Numbered from the stretch's first letter, positions 28,328-39,103 are shown. The stretch: 64,000 nt of DNA from an uncultured delta proteobacterium (GCA_963794325.1 CAWCDG010000005.1:64001-128000), one strand, 5' to 3'. Numbers and translations: made by a program. The notes: a model not told the origin generated them from the letters alone.

Positions 28328-29701
28328 ATGACGACGAATAGAACCTCTGCGCTGCATCCGCAGCATGCGATGCTCACCGGCTGGGGGCGTTATCCGCTTT
28401 CCGAGAGCGATGTTTATCGGCCTGATCGAATTGCCGAGCTGCAAACTGTTGTCACCTCGAATTCATCGTCGGTGATAGCGCGGGGGTTGGGGCGCGCTTA
28501 TGGGGATGCGGCGCTCAATGATCAGAATCGCGTCGTTGATCTTACGCGGCTCAACAGAATGCTCGCGTTCGACGCCACCTCAGGGCTGCTGCGATGTGAG
28601 GCTGGGGTTACGATTGCCGAGTTGATCGATGTTTTTCTGCCGCGCGGGTTTTTTCCGCCGGTGACGCCGGGGACGCGTTTCGTGACGCTCGGCGGATCGG
28701 TCGCGGCGGACGTGCATGGCAAGAATCACCATCGCGATTCGTCGCTGGCTTCGCATGTGACCTGGTTCGATTTGATGGTCGCGTCGGGCGAGGTGCTGCG
28801 ATGCTCGCGCGAGGAAAACTCCGCGCTGTTCTGGGCGACGGTCGGCGGTATGGGGCTCACCGGCGTTATTCTCGAATTGGAGCTCAGGATGCGGCAGGTT
28901 GAAAGCGCTTATCTCGACGGCGAGCTGATCCGCGCCGGGAATGTCGATGCGGCGATCGAGGCCTTCGAGCGGATCGACGCGCAGTACGGTTATTCGGTCG
29001 CGTGGATCGATTGCAACAGCACCAAAAGCGCGCTGGGCCGCTCGATCCTCAACGTCGGCAACTTTGCGACGCTCGACCAGTTGCCGCGGGCCGCCGCGCA
29101 GAATCCGCTGAGCACGACGCCCAAGCTCAGCCCCTTCGTGCCGTTCGATTTACCGGTGGTGAACTCGCTGACGGTAAGAGTGTTCAACGCGGTCAACTAT
29201 GCGTTCCATCGCGAGAAAGCGGCGCACACGATTTTCGACTGGGGCAGTTTTTTCTATCCGCTCGATTCGATCCGCAACTGGCCCCGGATCTATGGCAAGC
29301 GCGGCTTCGTGCAGTATCAATGCGTGTGGCCTCCCGAGGAGAGCCGTGCGGGGCTGGTTGAAGTGCTCGAAGCGATCACGCGCAGCAAGCGCGGTTCGTT
29401 TCTCGCCGTGCTCAAGAAATTCGGCGCGCAGGACGGCCTGCTTTCTTTTCCGATGCCCGGCTACACGCTCGCTATCGACTTCCCGGTTACGACTGGGATG
29501 CTCGAATTTCTCGACACGCTCGATGCGATGGTGCTGAAGCGCGGCGGGCGCGTGTACCTGGCCAAGGATGCGCGGATGTCGCCTGAGACGTTTCGCGCGA
29601 TGTATCCAAATCTCGGCAAGTGGCAGACGGCGAAGAGTGTCGCTGATCCCGAGAATCGGTTTTCGTCGAGCTTGTCGCGCAGGCTGGGAATGACGGAATA
29701 G
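28328..29701 (+). CDS. DprE1-like FAD-binding oxidoreductase
   Basis: RGLGRAYGDAA, VTPGTRFVTLGG..DVHGKNHH, YG..GFVQYQ, GGRVYLAKD, SSLSRRL. Confidence 0.9.
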   Translation: MTTNRTSALHPQHAMLTGWGRYPLSESDVYRPDRIAELQTVVTSNSSSVIARGLGRAYGDAALNDQNRVVDLTRLNRMLAFDATSGLLRCEAGVTIAELIDVFLPRGFFPPVTPGTRFVTLGGSVAADVHGKNHHRDSSLASHVTWFDLMVASGEVLRCSREENSALFWATVGGMGLTGVILELELRMRQVESAYLDGELIRAGNVDAAIEAFERIDAQYGYSVAWIDCNSTKSALGRSILNVGNFATLDQLPRAAAQNPLSTTPKLSPFVPFDLPVVNSLTVRVFNAVNYAFHREKAAHTIFDWGSFFYPLDSIRNWPRIYGKRGFVQYQCVWPPEESRAGLVEVLEAITRSKRGSFLAVLKKFGAQDGLLSFPMPGYTLAIDFPVTTGMLEFLDTLDAMVLKRGGRVYLAKDARMSPETFRAMYPNLGKWQTAKSVADPENRFSSSLSRRLGMTE

Positions 29702-30439
29702 ATGAATAGAGTTTTGATTCTTGGCGCCACCAGCCCGATCGCGCGGGCGCTTGCGCTCCGGTTCGCATCCGATGGAGCACGATTGTATCTTGCCGCGCGC
29801 AACGCCGATGAAGCGCGGCGCGTTGCCGAAGACGTCAGCGCTCGCGCGGGAGTGACCGCTCTCTCGGGGACCTTCGACGCCCTGGATTTCGCGTCGCATG
29901 ACGAGTTCATCCGCAGTGCCGCCGGCGAGCTCGGCGGGCTCGATGGGGTGGTCGTATGCTTCGGCACGCTCGGCGACGAGGACGTTGCGCAGACTGATCC
30001 GGGCGAGGCGCTCGCGACGATTCATCAGAACTTCACTGGTGCGGTGTCTTTGATCACGCTCGCCGCGCGCCATCTTGAACAGCAACGTTCCGGCTTTATC
30101 ATCGTGATTGGATCGGTCGCCGGCGAGCGCGGCCGCAAGAAAAATTACGTGTATGGATCGGCCAAGGGAGCGCTCGCTACTTTTGCGCAAGGACTGCGAG
30201 GGCGGCTGGCCGACAGCGGAGTGCATGTGATGACGGTCAAGCTCGGCACGGTGGATACCCGAATGACCTGGGGACGCGAAGGCGCGCTGCTCACGATTGC
30301 GCCGACCAAAGCAGCCGACCTGATTTACGCGGCGTATCGAAAACGCGCCGAAGTCGTATATGTGCCGTGGTTCTGGCGCGTGATTATGGGTGTGGTTCGG
30401 ATGATTCCCGAAAGCCGGTTCAAACGCCTCAGTTTCTAG
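29702..30439 (+). CDS. DprE2-like short-chain dehydrogenase
   Basis: LILGATSPIA, SVAGERGR..NYVYGSAK; abuts the DprE1-like gene. Confidence 0.88.
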   Translation: MNRVLILGATSPIARALALRFASDGARLYLAARNADEARRVAEDVSARAGVTALSGTFDALDFASHDEFIRSAAGELGGLDGVVVCFGTLGDEDVAQTDPGEALATIHQNFTGAVSLITLAARHLEQQRSGFIIVIGSVAGERGRKKNYVYGSAKGALATFAQGLRGRLADSGVHVMTVKLGTVDTRMTWGREGALLTIAPTKAADLIYAAYRKRAEVVYVPWFWRVIMGVVRMIPESRFKRLSF

Positions 30440-30552
30440 CAGGGTGATTCCTGCGCCCAGTATAAAGAAAGCCGGCTGTGGTGTTTTTCGCACACGCAAT
30501 GAAGAAAGGTACTCGAACTGAAAAACTTTATCGGCGAAGGCGAAAATACAAA

Positions 30553-31878
30553 ATGAAAGTAAAACTTGAAGTTGTTGCGCTGGTTGCGCTCGCGGTTCTC
30601 TCGATTGCCGGCTCATCACGCGCCGGGGTGAATGCCGGAGATGTGATCACGAAGGATCAGGCCGACAAGGTTGCCGACCTCGTCAGTCCCGGGAATCTGG
30701 TCCTGGTGAAACAGGGCATGACGATGAAGATCGTGCCGACCGACCGGCTCGAGTGGCCGCCGCCGTACAAATCGGCGACCGAGAAATATTCGCCGCAGGT
30801 GAGCCTCGCGCCCGACGGAACGTTGAAAGGCTATTCGGCCGGGCTGCCGTTTCCGCTGGTCGATGCGAACGATCCGCAAGCCGCGCTGAAAGTGATGTGG
30901 AATTTCAGCTACCGGCCGCTCTACACCGATGACGCGATTTCCAAGAACACCGAGATTGCGAGCTACCGGCCGGGCTCGACAGCCGCCGATCCAGTCGAGC
31001 ATTTCACGATTGGCAATGTGGGCTTCTACAACAACACCGGACGCACCGAGGTGAATCCGATCCCGACCGATCCGGAAGCGAAGCGGTCGAACATCCGATA
31101 TCGATTCGGCGCGTACCCGTTCCTCGAACCTTCCGAGATGCGCGGATTCGGATTTATCCGCTATCGCAGCATGGACCCGAAGACCGAGGACAATAGCTGG
31201 ATGATGAATCCGCGCACGCGACATACGCGGCGCGCGTCGGCCAGCGAACTCTCGGATGTGTTCGGTTTGCTCGACACGGCCGCAGGCGGCGGTGGCGGAG
31301 GCGCCGGGACTTACGCGAGCAATCTCGATCCTGATTCGTTTTTTGGCTTCGCCGCGAAAATCGAGGATTTCAATTACAAGTTCCTCGGCGAGAAGCCGAT
31401 GCTCGCAGTGGTGAATGCGGAGAATTCACCGGCCAAGGCGTGCCCGACCGACGGCGGACGAACTATCTGCCCCGAGAATTGGGAGATGCGCCGGCTCTAC
31501 GTGATCGAAGCTGACGCGAAGCAGACCTCCGCAATCGCCAGCAGCCCTTCGATTCCGAAGCGGATTTTCTATATCGACTCCGAAGGATGGTTCATCACGG
31601 CGTCGGATCAATACGATCGCGACGGCAAGCTGTGGAAGACCGTCGCGACGTTCAACGCGTATCGCGACCGGCCGGTTCCGGACGCGCACGTCGCGATCTG
31701 GCCATTCAAGCGGATGTTCCAGACCGCGCTGGTCGATGAAGACGTCACCAATGGCTTCTCAACCGTCGTGCTGTCGCCCGGAGTCGAGACTGACGAGCAT
31801 GAGAGCTGGTACATCAACATGGGACTCGCGACGGAGAATTTTTTCAATCCCGCGGCAATGTCGAACGCGGCGCACTGA
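30553..31878 (+). CDS. DUF1329 family exported protein
   Basis: Signal peptide, YKSATEKY, GLPFP...DPQA..KVMWN, WEMRR, YDRDGKLWK. Confidence 0.82.
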   Translation: MKVKLEVVALVALAVLSIAGSSRAGVNAGDVITKDQADKVADLVSPGNLVLVKQGMTMKIVPTDRLEWPPPYKSATEKYSPQVSLAPDGTLKGYSAGLPFPLVDANDPQAALKVMWNFSYRPLYTDDAISKNTEIASYRPGSTAADPVEHFTIGNVGFYNNTGRTEVNPIPTDPEAKRSNIRYRFGAYPFLEPSEMRGFGFIRYRSMDPKTEDNSWMMNPRTRHTRRASASELSDVFGLLDTAAGGGGGGAGTYASNLDPDSFFGFAAKIEDFNYKFLGEKPMLAVVNAENSPAKACPTDGGRTICPENWEMRRLYVIEADAKQTSAIASSPSIPKRIFYIDSEGWFITASDQYDRDGKLWKTVATFNAYRDRPVPDAHVAIWPFKRMFQTALVDEDVTNGFSTVVLSPGVETDEHESWYINMGLATENFFNPAAMSNAAH

Positions 31879-31902
31879 GTCGTAGGGAAACTCACGAATC
31901 GT

Positions 31903-32005
31903 ATGTGAAACCCTCCGCGGGTTTCACGCTTCCGCGGCAGGGGTGACCCCTGCACCCAGTATTAAGAAAGATGCGGGGCTTCGCCCCTGTTAGAACTTTT
32001 GGGCG
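31903..32005 (+). repeat. Family B multi-hairpin repeat, three modules
   Basis: gtgaaaccc..gggtttcac, gcaggggtgacccctgc, ggggcttcgcccc. Confidence 0.88.
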
Positions 32006-32038
32006 AGGGCAATCGCACAGCGCGCTATTCCAACAATC

Positions 32039-32121
32039 CGGTTCCCTTTCCCGCGCGTGAAGAGGTTACTCCAAACAATCCGGTTCCCCTTCCCGAGCGG
32101 GAAGGGGTTAGGGGTTAGGTT
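32039..32121 (+). repeat. Family A palindromic repeat
   Basis: Shares ggttactccaaaca..ccggttccccttccc..gggaaggggttaggggttaggtt with 7664-7744. Confidence 0.9.
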
Positions 32122-32213
32122 CTCCGGATCGTCCGCAACGCTCGCGCTTGCTTTTCCATATCGCGCATGAACTATAGGTGATGAATCTCTTACGCTTTGC
32201 GGAGTCACTATCA

Positions 32214-33386
32214 ATGTCGAATCGTCTCGACCAAATTCAGAAACTGACGTTCACCGGCGCGGTCGATGCCGACGGGCATATCCTCGAGGACGCCGGTCTA
32301 TGGGACCGCTATATCGAAGCGAAGTACAAAGATCGCGCGGTGAGAGTCCGCACCGACGCCAAGGGACTCGAATATCTCGAGGTCGCGGGCCGCCCGTCCA
32401 AAGTTTTCAGCGGCGGCCGGCTCGGCGGGCTCTCCGCGATGGGTGCGACGCGTAACGACAAGTTTGACGCTCCTCCGACTTACGGCGGCTTCGCTCCGTT
32501 CGGTGCGATGGACGCGAAGGAGCGGCTCAAGAGAATCGACGAGGAGGGGCTCGCCGCGGCGTTCCTCTATCCCACGATGAGCCTGCTGTGGGAGACCGAG
32601 ACCGAAGATCCCGAACTCGCGCAGGCATGCACGCGCGCCTACAACCGGTACATCGTGGACTTCTGCTCCGGGAGCGGAGGCAAGCTGATTCCGATCGCAC
32701 ATCTGTCGCTCGGCGATCCAGCGGCGGCGGCGGCCGAGCTCGAACGCGCGGTCAAACAGGGATGCAAAGGCGGATGGGTCGCGCAATTCGTCATGACGCG
32801 GAAGCCGCATGCGCATCCGGATCACGATGTGCTGTTCGCCAAGGCGCAGGAACTCGATGTGCCGATTGGGATACATCCGTCGCTCGAGCCGGTGTGGGCC
32901 GCGCCGGGACGCTACGATCGCAAGTTCATGCGCGGGAATTACTATTTTCTGAATATCGTCGCGGCCGACGCGATACGTCATGCGTTCACCAGCTTCTTCC
33001 AGTACGGAACCTTCGACAAATTCCCGAAGATGCGGCTGGTGCTGCTCGAGGCGGGCGCGGGATGGATCGATTACTGGCTCGGCAGGCTCGACGCGGTTTA
33101 TGCGAGCGCGATGGGCCGCACGGTGTCGCTGAAGGAGAAACCGAGCTTCTACTTCAATCGCAACTGCTGGATTTCAGCGGACCCCGATGAGCGCTCACTG
33201 CCCGCGATGGTCGAGCTGTGCGGCGCCGACAAATTTTTCTGGGCGTCGGACTTCCCGCATCCCGATCACGTCGGCAACTATATCGAGGAAGTCGAGGAGC
33301 TGGCGCACAAGCTGCCGCCCGCTGCACGCGCGAAAGTGATGGGCGAGAATGTGATGAAGGTGTATAAGTGCGAGCTGCCGCGGTAA
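32214..33386 (+). CDS. Amidohydrolase_2 family protein
   Basis: DADGHILE, LYPT, RAYN, IHP, LEAGAGW, WASDFPHPD. Confidence 0.92.
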   Translation: MSNRLDQIQKLTFTGAVDADGHILEDAGLWDRYIEAKYKDRAVRVRTDAKGLEYLEVAGRPSKVFSGGRLGGLSAMGATRNDKFDAPPTYGGFAPFGAMDAKERLKRIDEEGLAAAFLYPTMSLLWETETEDPELAQACTRAYNRYIVDFCSGSGGKLIPIAHLSLGDPAAAAAELERAVKQGCKGGWVAQFVMTRKPHAHPDHDVLFAKAQELDVPIGIHPSLEPVWAAPGRYDRKFMRGNYYFLNIVAADAIRHAFTSFFQYGTFDKFPKMRLVLLEAGAGWIDYWLGRLDAVYASAMGRTVSLKEKPSFYFNRNCWISADPDERSLPAMVELCGADKFFWASDFPHPDHVGNYIEEVEELAHKLPPAARAKVMGENVMKVYKCELPR

Positions 33387-33416
33387 TGAAAAATTGAATC
33401 GAAGGTTTGGGAACAG

Positions 33417-33450
33417 AAAAGGCCCGCGAGATTTTCTCGCGGGCCTTTTT
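33417..33450. terminator. Bidirectional rho-independent terminator
   Basis: aaaaggcccgcgaga-ttt-tctcgcgggccttttt. Confidence 0.9.
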
Positions 33451-33474
33451 GCGTTCGCTGGAAATATTTGCGGG

Positions 33475-34476
33475 TCAGCTGGTCACAGTCCAGGTATCGC
33501 CCTTGCCCAGCAGCGTCTTCAGGTCGCCGGCGCCCTGCTTTGCTTTGGCGTCTTCGAGCTGCTTGTTGACGGCGCCGTCGTAGGTAGGTCGCGACACCGC
33601 ATAGAAGACGCCCACCGGAGTCGGCAGCGGCGGCTCGAAGTTGCCGAGCATGAACGCGAGCGAGAGATTGGTCTCGTCATGCACGACGAGGTCCGCCTCC
33701 GTGACGCCCGCGCCGAGCTGCACTGCTTCCGGACGCATCCCGTTCATCTTGATTCCCATGTCGCGATTCTTGCCGAAGAGGAGCGGCTTGCCGTGCTCGA
33801 GCACGAGCTGATGGTCGGCCTTGAGCGCCTTGTCGCTGACGTCGTTGAATGCGCCGTCGTTGAAGATGTTGCAATTTTGCAGAATCTCGACGAATGACGC
33901 GCCGCGATGCGCATGCGCCCGCTTGAGCATCTCACCGAGATGCTTCTGCTCGACGTCGACGGTGCGCGCGACGAAGGTCGCGTGCGTGCCGAGCGCCACC
34001 GTGATCGGATTGAAGGGAAAATCGACGGAGCCGGCCGGCGTGGACTTGGTGACCTTGCCCACTTCTGAAGTCGGTGAGTACTGGCCCTTGGTGAGCCCGT
34101 AAATTTTATTGTTGAAGAGCAGAATTTTCAGATCGACGTTGCGCCGCAGCACGTGGATCAGATGATTGCCGCCGATCGACAGGCCGTCGCCGTCACCGGT
34201 GACCACCCACACGTCGAGATCGGGCCGCGAAACCTTGAGCCCCGTCGCGAACGCCGGCGCGCGGCCGTGAATCGTGTGGAAGCCGTAGGTGTTCATGTAG
34301 TACGGGAACCGGCTCGAGCATCCGATGCCCGAGATGAAGACCGTGTTCTCCGGCGCGATGCCGAATTCGGGCATCGTCTTTTGCACCGCGGCCAGAATTG
34401 CGTAATCGCCGCATCCGGGACACCAGCGCACTTCCTGGTCGGAGACGAAATCCTTGCGATTAAGAGCGGTAGCCAT
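33475..34476 (-). CDS. korB: 2-oxoacid:ferredoxin oxidoreductase beta subunit, downstream copy
   Basis: WCPGCGD, SGIGCSSR, GDGD...NN ThDP motif, YGLTKGQYSPT. Confidence 0.9.
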   Translation of the reverse strand: MATALNRKDFVSDQEVRWCPGCGDYAILAAVQKTMPEFGIAPENTVFISGIGCSSRFPYYMNTYGFHTIHGRAPAFATGLKVSRPDLDVWVVTGDGDGLSIGGNHLIHVLRRNVDLKILLFNNKIYGLTKGQYSPTSEVGKVTKSTPAGSVDFPFNPITVALGTHATFVARTVDVEQKHLGEMLKRAHAHRGASFVEILQNCNIFNDGAFNDVSDKALKADHQLVLEHGKPLLFGKNRDMGIKMNGMRPEAVQLGAGVTEADLVVHDETNLSLAFMLGNFEPPLPTPVGVFYAVSRPTYDGAVNKQLEDAKAKQGAGDLKTLLGKGDTWTVTS

Positions 34477-34482
34477 TTTCGA

Positions 34483-36179
34483 TCAGCCCTCCAGGGCCCG
34501 GTTGATGCGGTTTTCGATCTCGCTGACTTTGAACGGACGGCCCTGGATTTTGTTGAAGCCGAAGGCGTCGATCAGGTAGTCGGCGCGAATCATCTTGAGT
34601 AGTTGTCCCATGTTCATTTCGGGAATCATGACCTGCTTGAAACGCTTGAGCGTCTCTTCGAGGTCGTGCGGCAGCGGATTCAGATAGCGCAGATGCACGT
34701 GCGAAACTTTCTTGCCCTTCGCGCGCAAATGTTTGACGGCCTCGCGAATTGGCCCGTAGGTCGAGCCCCATCCGAGCACGACCAGGTCGCCTTCGGCGTC
34801 ACCGAAGACTTGCGTCGGCGGAATCTCGCGCGCGATGCCGGCAATCTTGCGCGCCCGCGTCCGCACCATCAGCTCGTTGTTGGCCGGCGAGTAGCTGACG
34901 TTGCCGGTCAGGTTCTCGCTCGACAGTCCGCCGACGCGATGCTCGAGGCCCTTGGTTCCCGGCACCGCCCATGGACGGGAAAGCGTCTCCGGCTCGCGAT
35001 TGTACGGCAGGAAACCTTCGGGATTGGTCGCGAACTCGACTTTGATTTCGGGCAGCTTGTCGGCGTCGGGCAGCAGCCACGGCTCGGAGCCATTGGCGAG
35101 CTGGCCGTCGGTGAGCAGAATCACCGGCGTCATGTATTTCACCGCGATGCGCACCGCCTCGTAGGCGCAGTCGAAGCAGTCGGCCGGCGTCGACGCCGCG
35201 ATAATCGGAATCGGCGACTCGCCATGCCGTCCGTACATCGATTGGAGCAAGTCGGCCTGCTCCGGCTTGGTCGGCATGCCAGTGGACGGGCCCGCGCGCT
35301 GGATGTCGGTGATCACCAGCGGCAGCTCGACTTTCACCGCGAGCCCGACCGCTTCGGCCTTCAAGTTCATGCCGGGGCCTGAAGTTGTGGTGATCGCAAT
35401 CGATCCACCGAATGCCGCGCCAATCGCGGCGCAGACGCCGGCGATTTCGTCCTCGGCCTGGAAAGTATAGACCGGAAAATTCTTGAAGCCTGAAAGTTCG
35501 TGCAGGATGTCGCTGGCGGGCGTGATCGGATACGAGCCCAGGAACAGCGGACGTCCCGACTTGACCGCCGCCGCGACGAATCCGAGCGCGGTCGCGCTGT
35601 TGCCCGTGATATTGCGATACAGTCCCGGCGCGATTCGCGCGGCCGGGACTTCGTACGAGCTCGCGAACATCTCGGTCGTCTCGCCGTAGTTGAACCCGGC
35701 CTTCAGCACCTTGATGTTGGCCTCGAGAACTTCGGGCGTCTTCTTGAAGCGGCTCTCGAGATAGGTGAGCGTGCTCTCGATCGGCCGCTGATACAGCCAC
35801 GACAGCATCCCGAGCACGAACATGTTGCGGCATCGGAAGACCGCGCGATTGTTCAGACCCATCCCGTGCACGGCGAGCGAGGTGAGCTTGGTCACATCGA
35901 CTTCGATCACCTGGAATTTGTCGAGCGAATGGTCGGTGAGCGGATTGGTCTTGTAGCCGGCGCGCTTGACATTGGAATCGGTGAACGCCTCGCGGTCAAC
36001 GATAATGACGGCGTTTTGCGGGACGTCCTCGATATTGGCCTGCAGCGCCGCGGGATTCATCGCGACCAGCACGTTGGGCTCGTCGCCGGCGGTGAAAATC
36101 TCGCTGCTCGAAAAATTCAGCTGAAAGCCGCTGACTCCGGCCAGGGTGCCTTGCGGGCGCTCGGATTTCAGCGGGAAAG
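34483..36179 (-). pseudogene. korA: 5'-truncated duplicate of the 2-oxoacid:ferredoxin oxidoreductase alpha subunit
   Basis: Near-identical to 37211-38906 but lacks the first ~65 codons and has an extra base near 36155. Confidence 0.8.
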
Positions 36180-36202
36180 CGTTCGCTGGAAATATTTGCG
36201 GG

Positions 36203-37204
36203 TCAGTTGGTCACAGTCCAGGTATCGCCCTTGCCTAGCAGCGTCTTCAGGTCGCCGGCGCCCTGCTTTGCTTTGGCGTCTGCGAGCTGCTTGTTCACGG
36301 CGCCGTCGTAGGTCGGTCGCGACACCGCGTAGAAGACGCCCACCGGAGTCGGCAGCGGAGGCTCGAAGTTGCCGAGCATGAATGCGAGCGACAGATTGGT
36401 CTCGTCGTGCACGACGAGATCCGTTTCCGTGACGCCTGCGCCGAGCTGTACTGCTTCGGGACGCATGCCGTTCATCCGGATTCCCATGTCCCGATTCTTG
36501 CCGAAGATGAGCGGCTTGCCGTGCTCGAGAACCAGCTGATGGTCCGCCTTGAGGGCCTTGTCGCTGACGTCGTTGAATGCGCCGTCGTTGAAGATGTTGC
36601 AATTTTGCAGAATCTCGACGAATGACGCGCCGCGATGCGCATGCGCCCGCTTGAGCATCTCACCGAGATGCTTCTGCTCGACGTCGACGGTGCGCGCGAC
36701 GAAGGTCGCGTGCGTGCCGAGCGCCACCGTGATCGGATTGAAGGGAAAATCGACGGAGCCGGCCGGCGTGGACTTGGTGACCTTGCCCACTTCTGAAGTC
36801 GGTGAGTACTGGCCCTTGGTGAGCCCGTAAATTTTATTGTTGAAGAGCAGAATTTTCAGATCGACGTTGCGCCGCAGCACGTGGATCAGATGATTGCCGC
36901 CGATGGACAGGCCGTCGCCATCACCGGTGACCACCCATACGTCGAGATCGGGCCGCGAAACCTTGAGTCCCGTCGCGAACGCCGGCGCGCGGCCGTGAAT
37001 CGTGTGGAAGCCGTAGGTGTTCATGTAGTACGGGAACCGGCTCGAGCATCCGATGCCCGAGATGAAGACCGTGTTCTCCGGCGCGATGCCGAATTCGGGC
37101 ATCGTCTTTTGCACCGCGGCCAGAATTGCGTAATCGCCGCATCCGGGACACCAGCGCACTTCCTGGTCGGAGACGAAATCCTTGCGATTAAGAGCGGTAG
37201 CCAT
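36203..37204 (-). CDS. korB: 2-oxoacid:ferredoxin oxidoreductase beta subunit, upstream copy
   Basis: Same motifs; 5 aa differ from the other copy. Confidence 0.92.
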   Translation of the reverse strand: MATALNRKDFVSDQEVRWCPGCGDYAILAAVQKTMPEFGIAPENTVFISGIGCSSRFPYYMNTYGFHTIHGRAPAFATGLKVSRPDLDVWVVTGDGDGLSIGGNHLIHVLRRNVDLKILLFNNKIYGLTKGQYSPTSEVGKVTKSTPAGSVDFPFNPITVALGTHATFVARTVDVEQKHLGEMLKRAHAHRGASFVEILQNCNIFNDGAFNDVSDKALKADHQLVLEHGKPLIFGKNRDMGIRMNGMRPEAVQLGAGVTETDLVVHDETNLSLAFMLGNFEPPLPTPVGVFYAVSRPTYDGAVNKQLADAKAKQGAGDLKTLLGKGDTWTVTN

Positions 37205-37210
37205 TTTCGA

Positions 37211-39103
37211 TCAGCCCTCCAGGGCCCGGTTGATGCGGTTTTCGATCTCGCTGACTTTGAACGGACGGCCCTGGATTTTGTTGAAGCCGAAGGCGTCGAT
37301 CAGGTAGTCGGCGCGAATCATCTTGAGTAGTTGTCCCATGTTCATTTCGGGAATCATGACCTGCTTGAAACGCTTGAGCGTCTCCTCGAGGTCGTGCGGC
37401 AGCGGATTCAGATAACGCAGATGCACCTGCGAAACTTTCTTGCCCTTCGCGCGCAAATGTTTGACCGCCTCGCGAATTGGCCCGTAGGTCGAGCCCCATC
37501 CGAGCACGACCAGGTCGCCTTCGGCGTCACCGAAGACTTGCGTCGGCGGAATCTCGCGCGCGATGCCGGCAATCTTGCGGGCCCGCGTCCGCACCATCAG
37601 CTCGTTGTTGGCCGGCGAATAACTGACATTGCCGGTCAGGTTCTCGCTCGACAATCCGCCGACGCGATGCTCGAGGCCCTTGGTTCCCGGCACCGCCCAT
37701 GGACGGGAAAGCGTCTCCGGCTCGCGATTGTACGGCAGGAAACCTTCGGGATTGGTCGCGAACTCGACTTTGATTTCGGGCAGCTTGTCGGCGTCGGGCA
37801 GCAGCCACGGCTCGGAGCCGTTGGCGAGCTGGCCGTCGGTCAGCAGAATCACCGGCGTCATGTATTTCACCGCGATGCGCACCGCCTCGTAGGCGCAGTC
37901 GAAGCAGTCGGCCGGCGTCGACGCCGCGATAATCGGAATCGGCGACTCGCCATGCCGTCCGTACATCGATTGGAGCAAGTCGGCCTGCTCCGGCTTGGTC
38001 GGCATGCCAGTGGACGGGCCCGCGCGCTGGATGTCGGTGATCACCAGCGGCAGCTCGACTTTCACCGCGAGCCCGACCGCTTCGGCCTTCAAGTTCATGC
38101 CGGGGCCTGAAGTTGTGGTGATCGCAATCGATCCACCGAATGCCGCGCCAATCGCGGCGCAGACGCCGGCGATTTCGTCCTCGGCCTGGAAAGTATAGAC
38201 CGGAAAATTCTTGAAGCCTGAAAGTTCGTGCAGGATGTCGCTGGCGGGCGTGATCGGATACGAGCCCAGGAACAGCGGACGTCCCGACTTGACCGCCGCC
38301 GCGACGAATCCGAGCGCGGTCGCGCTGTTGCCCGTGATATTGCGATACAGTCCCGGCGCGATTCGCGCGGCCGGGACTTCGTACGAGCTCGCGAACATCT
38401 CGGTCGTCTCGCCGTAGTTGAACCCGGCCTTCAGCACCTTGATGTTGGCCTCGAGAACTTCGGGCGTCTTCTTGAAGCGGCTCTCGAGATAGGTGAGCGT
38501 GCTCTCGATCGGCCGCTGATACAGCCACGACAGCATCCCGAGCACGAACATGTTGCGGCATCGGAAGACCGCGCGATTGTTCAGACCCATCCCGTGCACG
38601 GCGAGCGAGGTGAGCTTGGTCACATCGACTTCGATCACCTGGAATTTGTCGAGCGAATGGTCGGTGAGCGGATTGGTCTTGTAGCCGGCGCGCTTGACAT
38701 TGGAATCGGTGAACGCCTCGCGGTCAACGATAATGACGGCGTTTTGCGGGACGTCCTCGATATTGGCCTGCAGCGCCGCGGGATTCATCGCGACCAGCAC
38801 GTTGGGCTCGTCGCCGGCGGTGAAAATCTCGCTGCTTGAAAAATTAAGTTGAAAGCCGCTGACTCCGGCGAGCGTTCCCTGGGGCGCGCGGATTTCAGCG
38901 GGAAAGTCGGGCAGTGTTGCTATATCGTTGCCGGCCAGCGCCGATTCGGCCGTGAACTGCATCCCCGTCAACTGCATCCCATCGCCAGAGTCGCCCGCAA
39001 ACCGGATAACAACGTGGTCGCGCTTCAGATGCGGCTTGAGCGCAGACGCTGCGGAACCGTGCGACTCGGCAGCTTGCCCAGCCGCCTCAGGTGGTACAGC
39101 CAT
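37211..39103 (-). CDS. korA: 2-oxoacid:ferredoxin oxidoreductase alpha subunit (gamma-alpha fusion)
   Basis: FAGDSGDGMQ, PAEIRAP, YPITPAS, QAEDEI, TSGPG, QRAGPSTG. Confidence 0.95.
   Translation of the reverse strand: MAVPPEAAGQAAESHGSAASALKPHLKRDHVVIRFAGDSGDGMQLTGMQFTAESALAGNDIATLPDFPAEIRAPQGTLAGVSGFQLNFSSSEIFTAGDEPNVLVAMNPAALQANIEDVPQNAVIIVDREAFTDSNVKRAGYKTNPLTDHSLDKFQVIEVDVTKLTSLAVHGMGLNNRAVFRCRNMFVLGMLSWLYQRPIESTLTYLESRFKKTPEVLEANIKVLKAGFNYGETTEMFASSYEVPAARIAPGLYRNITGNSATALGFVAAAVKSGRPLFLGSYPITPASDILHELSGFKNFPVYTFQAEDEIAGVCAAIGAAFGGSIAITTTSGPGMNLKAEAVGLAVKVELPLVITDIQRAGPSTGMPTKPEQADLLQSMYGRHGESPIPIIAASTPADCFDCAYEAVRIAVKYMTPVILLTDGQLANGSEPWLLPDADKLPEIKVEFATNPEGFLPYNREPETLSRPWAVPGTKGLEHRVGGLSSENLTGNVSYSPANNELMVRTRARKIAGIAREIPPTQVFGDAEGDLVVLGWGSTYGPIREAVKHLRAKGKKVSQVHLRYLNPLPHDLEETLKRFKQVMIPEMNMGQLLKMIRADYLIDAFGFNKIQGRPFKVSEIENRINRALEG

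Larger units (their letters stand above)
33451..38906. repeat. Direct tandem duplication with a 2728-bp unit, junction at ~36179
   Basis: gcgttcgctggaaatatttgcgggtcag occurs at 33451 and 36179; ORFs recur at a 2728-bp offset. Confidence 0.95.
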
